NCBI GenBank assembly: GCA_965198175.1
Contig: OZ240245.1
Span: 3,712,001 to 3,776,000 of the forward strand
Source of the DNA: Candidatus Poribacteria bacterium
Lineage (GTDB): Bacteria > Poribacteria > WGA-4E > PCPOR2b
Direction: 5' to 3'
DNA: 64,000 bases
Shown piece by piece: positions 1 to 9,845 of this stretch. The notes under the pieces were generated by a model. That model was not told where the DNA came from. It did no database searches and worked only from the letters and a program-made list of their open reading frames with translations. The position numbers and the translations under genes are program-made. The stretch's first letter is position 1. Every line of letters begins with the position of its first letter.

Positions 1-6
1 GCACCA

Positions 7-951
7 TTACTCCCCACCGGTAGCCGCTTCCTTCCCGCCTTCTGGTTGCAGCACCGTCGATTTTAAGGAGAGACTGTAATCGAGCAGCATCCTTGCGTAC
101 GGGATATTGTGTAGCCCATAACCGCTGTCGCCTTTTACCATGTCATAATTCCATTTCGCAGCCTTGTACGCTTCACTGTCTAAATCGGTCGCACGGTCAA
201 GCATGGCTTTTATTGCTTGCATTTTACCTTCCATCTCTTCACGATACCCTTTTAGCCTAGCTTCCATATTATCGTGGCAATCGGCGCAAATCGAGAAGTC
301 CGCGATAAATGTATGTCCGCCGCGTTGAGCGATTTCATCTTTCGATTCTTTTTTCGCCATGTGACAATGTATACATCGCTTCTTCATGACTCTAACGTGT
401 GGCGAAGGCTTTCGTCTGACGCCCTTCCCGTCACGTCCGAGGAACATTTCCGCCTGAGATTGGTGGATAATACCCGCTCCGGCGCATCCGCAATCCATTT
501 TATGGCAGGAGACACATAGCTTTCTAGGCGATCTTACCAATAGATGCTCGCGATTGCTGCTATGCAAATGGCACGATGAACAACTGATAGCGTTCACAGC
601 AGTTTCTAGATTGTAAAGGTGATCTTTAGATCCGCCTATTTTGGAATGTATCTCATAGCCGGCCGAATGGCAACTAAGGCAAGAGACGCGTACGGGATGG
701 TCCCCGTGGTCAAGGTTGATCAATGCCTTCGCGTGCCCAGCAGTCTTCCATTCAGCGTAAGCTGCTTCATTTCCGTGGCACATGTAACACTTTTCGCGGA
801 AAGGGGAATCTTCTTGAATAGCAATGGAACTGGTAGCGGGCTCAGAATGCCCTCTCTCGCCCGCTTGGAGGTGGTTAATGGAAATGAATCCAATGATGAG
901 CATAAATGCCGTCAGCAATAAGAATAAGAGCGATTGTTTCAAATATTGCAA
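7..951 (-). CDS. Multihaem cytochrome c (6 CxxCH motifs) with N-terminal membrane/signal segment and helical C-terminus
   Basis: CYMCH, CLSCH, CSSCH, CVSCH, CIHCH, CADCH, plus C-terminal GDSGYGLHN. Likely TTG start at 951 behind AAGGAG; the ORF track extends to 1035. Confidence 0.85.
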   Translation of the reverse strand: MQYLKQSLLFLLLTAFMLIIGFISINHLQAGERGHSEPATSSIAIQEDSPFREKCYMCHGNEAAYAEWKTAGHAKALINLDHGDHPVRVSCLSCHSAGYEIHSKIGGSKDHLYNLETAVNAISCSSCHLHSSNREHLLVRSPRKLCVSCHKMDCGCAGAGIIHQSQAEMFLGRDGKGVRRKPSPHVRVMKKRCIHCHMAKKESKDEIAQRGGHTFIADFSICADCHDNMEARLKGYREEMEGKMQAIKAMLDRATDLDSEAYKAAKWNYDMVKGDSGYGLHNIPYARMLLDYSLSLKSTVLQPEGGKEAATGGE

Positions 952-1024
952 TGCTTCTCTCCTTCTCGCGACAACGTAATGTAGGCGCGCCGAGACTCGG
1001 TTTCCCACCTCAATCCTGCGGGTG

Positions 1025-3214
1025 CTACTTGACAATCACCATCCGCCGTAACGAGCTGTAATTACCCGTACTGAGCTGATAGAAATAGGTGCCGCTTGTG
1101 ACGCGTTCTCCGTTATGATTGCGGCCGTCCCAATACGCTGCTTTTGCTTTGTCTCGGTAGACTCCCGATTTTTGACGGCCAATGTCGAGCCTGCGCACGA
1201 TATGCCCGCTCTGGTCATAGATGCTGAAATTCACGAGCGCATCGTTTGCCAACTTATACGGTATCCACGTTTCGGGGTTGAACGGATTCGGATAATTTTG
1301 CAGCAACGCCGTCCGTTTGATGCTTCCGAGCGTCGTGGTGAGTCTTCCTAACGGTTCCACTCCAACCCCAACTCCGGTGGAAGAGATAAGTTCCCACAGC
1401 ATCACGGTGCCATCGTAACCCGAGCTAGCCAGGGTTTCGCCGTCGGGGCTGAACGCAAGGTTAAAGACCCACAATGAATGTCCTTTGAGTGAAGTTACGA
1501 GTTCCCACGTATCGGTGTCCCAGAGACGAACCTTTCCGTCCCAACCCCCACTGGCGAGTGTGCGTCCATCGGGACTGAACGCAAGGCTATTGATCGAATA
1601 CGCATCTGGCACATCTATGGTTCGCAGCAGTTCTCCCTTATCAGCATTCCATAATGAAATTGTTTTCCCGCCCCCGCTTGCGAAGAGGTTGCCGTCCGGA
1701 CTGAACGCAACGCTATCAATAGGCCCCTCATGCCCATCTAACCGGCGTAGCCGTTCTCCTGTTTCTACGTCCCACAGAAAAAGTGAGTCCCAACTCCCGC
1801 TTGCCAGCTTTCCGCCATCAGGGCTGAACGCCACACTTTTCAGATCGCGCAAATGCCCGGTGAGGGTACGCAGCGCTTTCCCCGTATCGGCGTCCCACAA
1901 ACGGACCGTATTGTCCCGACTCGCGCTTGCGATAGTGCTGCCATCCGGACTGAACGCGACACTATTGACCATCAAGGTATGCCCCTCCAGCCTTAGTTGC
2001 TCTTCTCCAGTGTCGGCGTCCCGCACACTGACAGTATTGTCCCAACTCGTGGTGGCAATCGTGCCGCCATCAGGGTTGAACGCAACGATATTGATAGAAC
2101 CGAAATCGATAAACGAACGCCGGCGTTCTCCCGTTTCAGAGTTCCAAAACCGGATACCGTTCCAACTCGCACTTGCGACGGTGCCGCCGTCTGGACTATA
2201 CGCAATGCTGTTGGCTGCAGAGTAATGTCCGGCGATGGTGCGAAGCAGTTCACCCGATTCGACGTCCCACAGTCGGACGGTCTCGGAAGCGCTCAAACCG
2301 GCAATCGTGCTGCCGTCGGGGCTAAATGTAACTGTATCATCGCGCGAACCCGATCCGTTGAGGGTTCGCAACTCTTCTCCCGTTTCGGGGTTCCACAATC
2401 GGATAACGTCCTGGCCCCCGGTAGCAAGGATTCTCGCATCGGGACTGAACGCAACTGTTTCCACCGAACGCAATGCGATAAGTGTGCGCAGGTGTTTTCC
2501 GGTTTGGGCGTCCCATAGCCGAGCGGTACCGTCCCGACTCCCGCTTGCGAGGATGTTTCCGTCGGGACTGAACGCTACACTATACACGTAACCCGTGTGC
2601 CCCTCGAGTGTGTTCAGGTGTTCTCCAGTATCGGCGTCCCACAGGCCGATGGTTCTGTCTGCGCCCGCGCTCGCGATAATGCGGCTATCCGGACTAAACG
2701 CGAAGCCGTTGACCCAACTCCCATATCCGTTGAGTGTGCGAAGATGTTTTCCCGTATTGGCGTCCCAAATTTCAATATCTCGGTTCCCACTTTCGCTTGC
2801 TATAGTGCGTCCATCGGGACTGAACAAAAGGCTGTTGGCCGTACCCGATCCTTTTAGCGTTTCCAGATGTTTTCCCGTATTGGCGTCCCACAGTCGAATG
2901 TCATCGTCCCAACTTGCCCCTGCGATTGTGCTGCCATCGGGACTAAACGCAATGCTGTCGACGTCCGTATTCCCGGCAAGCAGGTCGGCTTCCTTATGGG
3001 TTTCTGTATCGTAAAGCCAAATTCCGATTCCGCTGGCAACCGCGAGTCCGGTACCGTCGGGCGTATACACTATTTCGTGTATTCTGCCTTGACCGAGGCG
3101 CAATTTGGCGCCCTCGGGGAGACCCCACTGCAGAGAATCCTGGGCGTAGCTGTGAGGTGCCCACAGCGCGGCAAGGAACAATAGGCTAAGTGTGAAAACC
3201 ATTGATTTCTTCAT
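1025..3214 (-). CDS. Secreted WD40-repeat protein with C-terminal FlgD-Ig/T9SS-CTD-like domain
   Basis: Signal peptide MKKSMVFTLSLLFLAALWAPHSYA; many GH..V.SVAFSPDG..LASGS.D.TVRLWD repeats; C-terminal QNYPNPFNPETWIPY...YWDGRN..GE.V.SGTYFY. GGAGG RBS before ATG 3214. Confidence 0.92.
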   Translation of the reverse strand: MKKSMVFTLSLLFLAALWAPHSYAQDSLQWGLPEGAKLRLGQGRIHEIVYTPDGTGLAVASGIGIWLYDTETHKEADLLAGNTDVDSIAFSPDGSTIAGASWDDDIRLWDANTGKHLETLKGSGTANSLLFSPDGRTIASESGNRDIEIWDANTGKHLRTLNGYGSWVNGFAFSPDSRIIASAGADRTIGLWDADTGEHLNTLEGHTGYVYSVAFSPDGNILASGSRDGTARLWDAQTGKHLRTLIALRSVETVAFSPDARILATGGQDVIRLWNPETGEELRTLNGSGSRDDTVTFSPDGSTIAGLSASETVRLWDVESGELLRTIAGHYSAANSIAYSPDGGTVASASWNGIRFWNSETGERRRSFIDFGSINIVAFNPDGGTIATTSWDNTVSVRDADTGEEQLRLEGHTLMVNSVAFSPDGSTIASASRDNTVRLWDADTGKALRTLTGHLRDLKSVAFSPDGGKLASGSWDSLFLWDVETGERLRRLDGHEGPIDSVAFSPDGNLFASGGGKTISLWNADKGELLRTIDVPDAYSINSLAFSPDGRTLASGGWDGKVRLWDTDTWELVTSLKGHSLWVFNLAFSPDGETLASSGYDGTVMLWELISSTGVGVGVEPLGRLTTTLGSIKRTALLQNYPNPFNPETWIPYKLANDALVNFSIYDQSGHIVRRLDIGRQKSGVYRDKAKAAYWDGRNHNGERVTSGTYFYQLSTGNYSSLRRMVIVK

Positions 3215-3697
3215 TGGAATAATCCTCCATGTTTGAGTTTGGGGGCGCATCCCCGCGATTTCTACTTTTGGCAAACTTCCTCTAATTTAAAGCCTGACTA
3301 AAATAGAAAAAGTTACAGGAACGGTTGGTGTTCACGACTGTTCATTTCGGAAGTTTATTCAGAACCAATTTAAGAAGAAAATATAAACCGCGCAAGTTAT
3401 TCCGGTGATTTGTCAAATGTTGAATGAGAGCAACCGCCACCACTTATGCTAACCTGTCAACCGCTAAGAACACCTCTCAAAGTCGGTTTGTGCTTAAGAG
3501 AATAGTCTTAAAGGTTGACTTGCCGAATCACTGAGTTAACAGAGTGAAGAAGGCAATATGAACCAATTGGTCTGATTTGACGAAAACCTAGAGATTTTGC
3601 TGCCTTCAGCCGGTTGCTTCATCTACCATTACGTAAATGTTTCCTTGCAAGGAAGCCTAATATGCGAACCTGAATCCGGTTCTACGAGATTTTTCAA

Positions 3698-3714
3698 TGC
3701 AAATTATACGCCAA
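3698..3714 (-). promoter_or_regulatory. Sigma54 (-24/-12) promoter candidate
   Basis: Minus strand TTGGCGTATAATTTGCA has GG-N10-GC spacing and points toward the WD40 gene. Confidence 0.65.
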
Positions 3715-3804
3715 CACATAATCTACTTCAAGTTAGGACTAGGTAAGCCTGATGTATCAAGGCAGGCGAACAGTTTGAGATTTTTCATCTAGAGCGCCGG
3801 CTGC

Positions 3805-3851
3805 TGCACGAAACAGTGCAGTTTGAACGAACCCTTGCACTGTTTCGTGCA
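3805..3851. promoter_or_regulatory. Paired enhancer-binding-protein (UAS) sites, NtrC-like TGCAC-N6-GTGCA
   Basis: TGCACGAAACAGTGCA (3805-3820) and its exact reverse complement (3836-3851), 31 bp apart and about 90-140 bp upstream of the sigma54 motif. Confidence 0.65.
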
Positions 3852-4156
3852 CCTCCCAATATTTCGGGTTCATTGAGACAATGCGCTTTTCTGTTTTTCA
3901 ACAGATTTCTAGCGATAATTATACACTCTCATGTACTTAATCATCAACTCCGTCAAGTCACGATGCCAGTGGCGAATGCTATTACATGATACGCCTCCGT
4001 GGCAAACTGTCTATTTACGATTCAGAAAATGGCGAGCTGACGATACACGGTTCTTGATTCATCACGGCACTTCGCGAACAAACATGCCACGATGTTGACG
4101 AATTACCATCACCGACAGCCAATCGGTTAAGACGACCATTGGCTAAAAGGGGGAAA

Positions 4157-4173
4157 AGCAAATATAATGCCAG
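4157..4173 (-). promoter_or_regulatory. Sigma54 (-24/-12) promoter candidate
   Basis: Minus strand CTGGCATTATATTTGCT, close to the consensus YTGGCACNNNNTTGCW with GG-N10-GC spacing. Confidence 0.7.
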
Positions 4174-4223
4174 CTCGAAATGCTTTAAAAATTAGGCGCG
4201 ACGCGGCACATTACTTGAGAAAC

Positions 4224-4261
4224 TGTTCAATACATGAACAGAGTTGTCCACAAACTGAGCG
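4224..4261. promoter_or_regulatory. Putative activator sites upstream of the 4157-4173 sigma54 motif
   Basis: Palindrome TGTTCA-N5-TGAACA (4224-4240) and a degenerate partner TGTCCA-N5-TGAGCG (4245-4261). Confidence 0.45.
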
Positions 4262-4356
4262 TTCGTAACTGGCTTGACTGATAATGTTATTTTGAGAGGC
4301 GAACCTAGTTTAACTTTACGGCAACCGTTGGGAACGCGCCTGCTGCTCTCGCACAA

Positions 4357-5397
4357 CTATCTAGATAGTGTACTTCCCAACTGTTTAATCCAGCCCCAAC
4401 TCAATGGTTGCTTCCCGGCAGGAGAAACTGCGAACTCAACGATAAAGTCCGGGGCGAACCACGCCGGAGACCGGTTGAATGGGCCCGCCTGCCCAATTAC
4501 CGGTAGGTCAAAGCGATTTTCGTGATTCCCCTTGCCCGCCCCCGCCTTCACTTCGTATATGGTAATCTTCGAGGAACCGCCTCCGAATATGATTGTGGCT
4601 ACTTCCTTACCGTCCGGGTTCCACGTCAGATCCTGCTTTTCTTCCTGGCTAAAAATTTCATAGACATTTTGGGCACCCTCATCGCCGAGTTCGGCGTCCA
4701 TCACCCATACATTACCGGTCCCATCTCGTCGCGTAATCCATCCAATCCGGTCCCCGTCGTGCGAAAATTCGGGCTGGATGTCCTCGCCCTTATGATTTGT
4801 GAAATTCACCTGGTTGCCACCGTCTGAATTCATCACGTAGATGTCTCCGAGCGTCCGTCCTCGTTTGGAAGCGAACGCAATTCGCCGACCATCCGGCGAC
4901 CATGAGGGCATTCTATCTGGGGCTGGGTCGTTTGTGAGGTTGGCAATAATATTGCCCTCGACCGACATTACGTAAATTTCGAGGTTCCCGTCCCGATCAG
5001 AAGCGATGGCGAGATTTCTGCCGCCAGGGTGCCAGTCGGGCCAGCTATCTACCCCTTCATGATCGGTGATTCGCCTCAGGTTCTTGCCGTCAGCGTCTAC
5101 GATATAGATATCGGTATTTTTCTGCGACGTCGCATGGAACGCAAGTTTTCGGCCATCCGTGGACCATTCAAGTCCAAGCGGCCGCGGATCGTCATTATCT
5201 GTTGCAATGTTGAGCAATGCATTCACAGCGCCTTTCCCTTCGGGATTTGTCAAAAAAATTGTCTCCTCGCCGGATACTGCTATTGTCGCTTCGTTGGGTG
5301 CGAGCGCCTGCCCGCCTATGGGTATAACGAGGTTGATTAGGATTACCAAGTTGGAGAATGCCAAGATTCTCAAAGTTAATCGCGTTCTTTTTTGCAT
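4357..5397 (-). CDS. Secreted TolB-like (PD40-repeat) beta-propeller protein
   Basis: N-terminal hydrophobic signal; PSWSPDGRRIAFAS and RDGNLEIYVM repeats; C-terminal AVSPAGKQPLSWGWIK. Confidence 0.9.
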   Translation of the reverse strand: MQKRTRLTLRILAFSNLVILINLVIPIGGQALAPNEATIAVSGEETIFLTNPEGKGAVNALLNIATDNDDPRPLGLEWSTDGRKLAFHATSQKNTDIYIVDADGKNLRRITDHEGVDSWPDWHPGGRNLAIASDRDGNLEIYVMSVEGNIIANLTNDPAPDRMPSWSPDGRRIAFASKRGRTLGDIYVMNSDGGNQVNFTNHKGEDIQPEFSHDGDRIGWITRRDGTGNVWVMDAELGDEGAQNVYEIFSQEEKQDLTWNPDGKEVATIIFGGGSSKITIYEVKAGAGKGNHENRFDLPVIGQAGPFNRSPAWFAPDFIVEFAVSPAGKQPLSWGWIKQLGSTLSR

Positions 5398-5598
5398 AAG
5401 TCTTGCCTCCGCTTTACAATTTAAAAATTTACGGCAGTCGCCGTTTATCTAGAAAACTACTGAGAACCAATTGGAATAGGAAAACAACTAGAGTCGAGTG
5501 TTGTGCTGTAGCTCAATTTCACTTGTACGCCGCTCCATTTCTGGTGAGGCATGCAGCAGGTTGAATTATCCGTACGATTGGCGAACGAACCGGAACGC

Positions 5599-6320
5599 CT
5601 ACTCAACCCTGCCAATCTTGGCGGCTTCTGGCGCCCGCGTCGGCAAATTCTGCTTAGCGAGCTGATCTTCCGGGATATAGTTGGAGTAATCAGAAATTTT
5701 ACCGTGGGTCAATGAGTAAACAACAACGTTTGTCATAAACCGATATACGCCTGGAGAGTAGTGTACGGACCTCGTCGGTAGACTTACCGCCTCCATTGCG
5801 CACATGTAATCGCGGCGGACTAATAGCACCGAAAGCTTTTCACCAACGGAGATTCCTTCAAGGAAATTGCGTTTTGGTGCTTTTGTGCCAAACCAGAAGA
5901 TATCGAACCCAACTGGCGGGCCGCCCATTTCATAGAAGTTGTTATAGACCTCGTGTTAACGACCTTGGGAACATTAGGATTGATGGGTTGGTTGAGTTTG
6001 ACGACTTTATTCGAGAATTCGAGCACCGTTTGGGGCTCTAAGGATTTCGTGCGAACGACTGCAGTGGTTGTGACTCTGGGTTGCACCTGAACCTGTTCAA
6101 CGACAACGGTGTTATCCGTTGGAATATTAGGTTTAATCTGTTTGATAACCGGCTTACGAACTTGGGGTTTCGGCGGCTCAGGCAGTTCAAGAACTTGGGC
6201 ACCGACTAAGTCTTTGAATTGCGGGGTTTGTGTGACGAGATAAACACCGAGAATCAGCACAGCGACTCCGTGAAGAATCAACGATGTCATCAAGGCACCT
6301 GAAGTTTTCTTGGCACTCAT
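5599..6320 (-). pseudogene. DUF4159-like gene with an internal out-of-frame deletion (copy 1)
   Basis: The N-terminal TM + Pro-rich part (MSAKKTSGALMTSLILH...PKVVN) is fused out of frame at about 5955 to HEVYNNFYEMGGPP...FLEGISVG...RFMTNVVVYSLTH, which resembles the DUF4159 C-terminus. Confidence 0.7.
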
Positions 6321-6578
6321 CTTCTGCGTCACCTCCGATTCGTTAAAGGAAGCGTGGTATTGGACTTAAAATTGAACTGCGCTGCCATTTCGCGGGCTTT
6401 ATTCTGGATTGTTAATCCCCGTGCCAACCTGTCTATTTACGATTCAGAAAATGGCGAGCTGACGATACACGGTTCCTGATTCATCACGGCACTTCGCGAA
6501 CAAACATGCCACGATGTTAACGAATTACCATCACCGACAGCCAATCGGTTAAGACGACCGTTGGCTAAAAGGGGGAAA

Positions 6579-6595
6579 AGCAAATATAATGCCAG
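6579..6595 (-). promoter_or_regulatory. Duplicated sigma54 promoter candidate
   Basis: Exact copy of 4157-4173 within the tandem duplication. Confidence 0.65.
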
Positions 6596-6778
6596 CTCGA
6601 AATGCTTTAAAAATTAGGCGCGACGCGGCACATTACTTGAGAAACTGTTCAATACATGAACAGAGTTGTCCACAAACTGAGCGTTCGTAACTGGCTTGAC
6701 TGATAATGTTATTTTGAGAGGCGAACCTAGTTTAACTTTACGGCAACCGTTGGGAACGCGCCTGCTGCTCTCGCACAA

Positions 6779-7825
6779 CTATCTAGATAGTGTGCTTCCC
6801 AACTGCTTGATCCAGCCCCAACTCAATGGTTGTTTCCCGGCAGGAGAAACAGCAAACTCAACCACAAAGTCCGGATCGAACCACGCAGGTGCCCGGTTGA
6901 TCGAACCAGCCGCCCCAATTACCGGCAGGTTAAACCGATTTTCGTGATTCCCCTTTCCCCCTGCATCCTTCACCTCGTAAATAACTATCCACGCGGAACC
7001 GCCCGCGAACATGATTGTGGCAACTTCCTTGCCGTCCGGGTTCCACGTCAGATCCTGTTTCTCCTCTTGGCTAAAAATCTCGTACACATTTTCGGCGCCT
7101 TCATCACCGAGTTCGGCGTCCATTACCCACACGTTGCCGGTTCCGTCTCGTCGTGTGACCCATCCAATCCGGTCACCGTCGTGCGAAAATTCGGGCTGGA
7201 TGTCCTCACCCTTATGATTTGTGAAATTCACCTGGTTGCCACCGTCTGAATTCATCACGTAGATGTCTCCGAGCGTCCGTCCCCGTTTCGAGGCGAACGC
7301 AATTCGCCGGCCATCCGGCGACCAGGAGGGCATTTTGTCTGGGGCAGGGTCGTTAGTGAGGTTGGCTATTGCATTCCCGCCGCTCGTGATTACGTAGATC
7401 TCGAGGTTCCCATCTCGGTCGGATGCGATAGCGAGCTTATTGCCGCTAGGGTGCCAGTCGGGCCAGCTATCTTCCCCTTCATGATCTGTGATTCGCTTGA
7501 GGTTCTTACCATCGGCGTCTACGATAAAGACATCGGAATTTTTCTGCGACGTAGCATGGAACGCAAGTTTTCGGCCATCCGGGGACCATTCAATTCCAAG
7601 AGGTCGCGGGGCGTCCTTATCTGTTTCAATGTTGAGTAGTGCATTGACAGCGCCGCCGCCCTTCCCTTCAGGATCTGTCAAAAAGATAGTCTCCTCGCCA
7701 GATACTGCTAATGTCGCTTTGTTGGGTGCGAGCGCCTGCCCGCCCATTGTAAAAATGAAGTTGAATAGGAAAACAAAACTGGAAACTGCCACGAATCCCA
7801 ACGTTGATAGCTTTCTGCATTGCAT
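6779..7825 (-). CDS. Secreted TolB-like (PD40-repeat) protein, close paralogue of 4357-5397
   Basis: Same repeats and an identical C-terminal tail AVSPAGKQPLSWGWIKQLGSTLSR; GGAGG RBS. Confidence 0.9.
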   Translation of the reverse strand: MQCRKLSTLGFVAVSSFVFLFNFIFTMGGQALAPNKATLAVSGEETIFLTDPEGKGGGAVNALLNIETDKDAPRPLGIEWSPDGRKLAFHATSQKNSDVFIVDADGKNLKRITDHEGEDSWPDWHPSGNKLAIASDRDGNLEIYVITSGGNAIANLTNDPAPDKMPSWSPDGRRIAFASKRGRTLGDIYVMNSDGGNQVNFTNHKGEDIQPEFSHDGDRIGWVTRRDGTGNVWVMDAELGDEGAENVYEIFSQEEKQDLTWNPDGKEVATIMFAGGSAWIVIYEVKDAGGKGNHENRFNLPVIGAAGSINRAPAWFDPDFVVEFAVSPAGKQPLSWGWIKQLGSTLSR

Positions 7826-8016
7826 AGTTCTTACCTCCTCTTCACGAGTTTAAAAATCACGGCAAGCGCCGTTTCTCTGTCAAAAACTACTTGAAAACAG
7901 TTCCCATTAGGTAATAAAACAGGGTAGAAATTGTAATACGCCAATTCTGCTTGCGCGTTTCCAGATAAGAAATTGGAAAACGGTAACGACCCAAATCGAC
8001 CAACGAACCGTGGAAT

Positions 8017-8738
8017 CTACTCAACCATGCCAATCTTCGCGGCTTCTGGCGCCCGCGTCGGCAGGTTCTGGTTAGCTAGCTGATCCTCCGGGATATAGTT
8101 TGAGTAATCGGAAATCTGACCGTGGGTCAATGAGTAAACAACAACGTTCGTCATAAACCGATATACGCCTGGAGAGTAGTGCACCGAACGCGTTGGTAGG
8201 CTTACTGCCTCCATCGCGCACATGTAATCACGGCGAACTAGCAACACCGAAAGTTTTTCACCAACGGAGATTCCTTCAAGGAAATTGCGTTTTCGTGCTT
8301 TTGCACCAAACCAGAAGATATCGAACCCAACCGGTGGTCCTCCCATCTCATAGAAGTTGTTATAGACCTCGTGTTAACGACCTTGGGAACATTAGGATTG
8401 ATGGGTTGGTTGAGTTTGACGACTTTATTCGAGAATTCGAGCACCGTTTGGGGCTCTAAGGATTTCGTGCGAACGACTGCAGTGGTTGTGACTCTGGGTT
8501 GCACCTGAACCTGTTCAACGACAACGGTGTTATCCGTTGGAATATTAGGTTTAATCTGTTTGATAACCGGCTTACGAACTTGGGGTTTCGGCGGCTCAGG
8601 CAGTTCAAGAACTTGGGCACCGACTAAGTCTTTGAATTGCGGGGTTTGTGTGACGAGATAAACACCGAGAATCAGCACAGCGACTCCGTGAAGAATCAAC
8701 GATGTCATCAAGGCACCTGAAGTTTTCTTGGCACTCAT
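8017..8738 (-). pseudogene. DUF4159-like gene with an internal out-of-frame deletion (copy 2)
   Basis: Same deletion junction as copy 1 (about 8373). The 5' part is identical; the 3' part differs mostly by synonymous changes. Confidence 0.7.
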
Positions 8739-8816
8739 CTTCTGCGTCACCTCCGATTCGTTAAAGGAAGCGTGGTATTGGACTTAAAATTGAACTGCGC
8801 TGCCATTTCGCGGGCT

Positions 8817-9845
8817 TTATTCTGGATTGTTAATCCCCGTGCCAACCTGTTTAATCCAACTCCAGGTCAATGGACGCTTCTCGCCGGGCGATACGGCAAA
8901 CTGCACAACAAAGTCAGGGTCAAACCAGTCGGGAGATCGGCTCCCCTGCCATTCCGCGGCGAGTGGCAGGACTTTTCCGTCGGCACGTAAATCGTTTACG
9001 ACTTCATCTGAATCCATCACAGCGATTTCCACAAACGGCGCATCCGATAGGACGAGCATTGTACCATCCGGAGACCACGCCGGGTCAAAGTCACAACGCG
9101 GTCCGGGCGTGAGATTCTTTACATTTTCTCCATTAGCATCCATTGTGTGGACATCGCCAGTACCATTGCGTCGGGAGGTCCAGACAATCTTTTGGCTGTC
9201 TGGCGACCAACGGGGGTAGCCGTCATCGCCGCGATGGTTGGTAAGATTCAGCAAGTTTTCGCCATTTGCATCCATGGTGTAGACATCTGAAAGAGTTCTG
9301 CCCCGCTTGGTAGCGAACGCAATCTTTCGACCGTCTGCCGACCAATCGGGTTGCTTGTCTGGGGCGGGATCGTTTGTGAGGTTCACCCCGACGTTCCCCT
9401 GAGCTGTCATTGTGTAGATTTCATAGTTGCCATCCCGGTTAGTGGTGAAGGCCATCCGCTGACCGCTCGGGTGCCAAGTAGGCCAGCTATCTTCTGCGTC
9501 ATGGTTGGTGAGTCTCCTGAGCTTCCCCCCGTCGGCGTTTACAACGTAGATATCAACGTTATCGTTCAGATCGGCATGGAACACAACCCTTCGGCCATCC
9601 GGGGACCACCTTACACCCAAGGGTTGGACGTCTGCTTTCAGTTGTAGGTCCAATAATGGGCGTAGATTTTCCCCGTCAGGGTCCATCAGCCAAAGATCGC
9701 CGTCCGGTTGGCTGCTGGAAAAAACGATTGTCGGGTCATCGGGTGCCTGCTGTGCTTGAGCGCCTACGGAAAGCATCAAGCTACTCAGAAAAAGCACACC
9801 GACCGATAAAAGAGTCCGCGTGGCTAATGGTAATCTGGGTTGCAT
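8817..9845 (-). CDS. Secreted TolB-like (PD40-repeat) protein
   Basis: Signal peptide ending AQA; WSPDG repeats; tail AVSPGEKRPLTWSWIK. Confidence 0.9.
   Translation of the reverse strand: MQPRLPLATRTLLSVGVLFLSSLMLSVGAQAQQAPDDPTIVFSSSQPDGDLWLMDPDGENLRPLLDLQLKADVQPLGVRWSPDGRRVVFHADLNDNVDIYVVNADGGKLRRLTNHDAEDSWPTWHPSGQRMAFTTNRDGNYEIYTMTAQGNVGVNLTNDPAPDKQPDWSADGRKIAFATKRGRTLSDVYTMDANGENLLNLTNHRGDDGYPRWSPDSQKIVWTSRRNGTGDVHTMDANGENVKNLTPGPRCDFDPAWSPDGTMLVLSDAPFVEIAVMDSDEVVNDLRADGKVLPLAAEWQGSRSPDWFDPDFVVQFAVSPGEKRPLTWSWIKQVGTGINNPE

Larger units (their letters stand above)
4007..8850. repeat. Tandem duplication of an approx. 2.42-kb unit (4007-6432 / 6429-8850) with near-identical ends and a diverged middle
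   Basis: About 4007-4370 matches about 6429-6792 (roughly 3 substitutions by eye); 5931-6432 appears identical to 8349-8850. The junction at CTGT microhomology (6429-6432) carries a copy of the 3' end of gene 8817-9845. Confidence 0.9.

Noticed and set aside
1115..3184. Long antisense ORFs over the WD40 gene (and similar ones over TolB, LamG, CRTAC1 and atp genes)
   Set aside because: Shadow frames of repetitive coding sequence with no RBS or domain signal.
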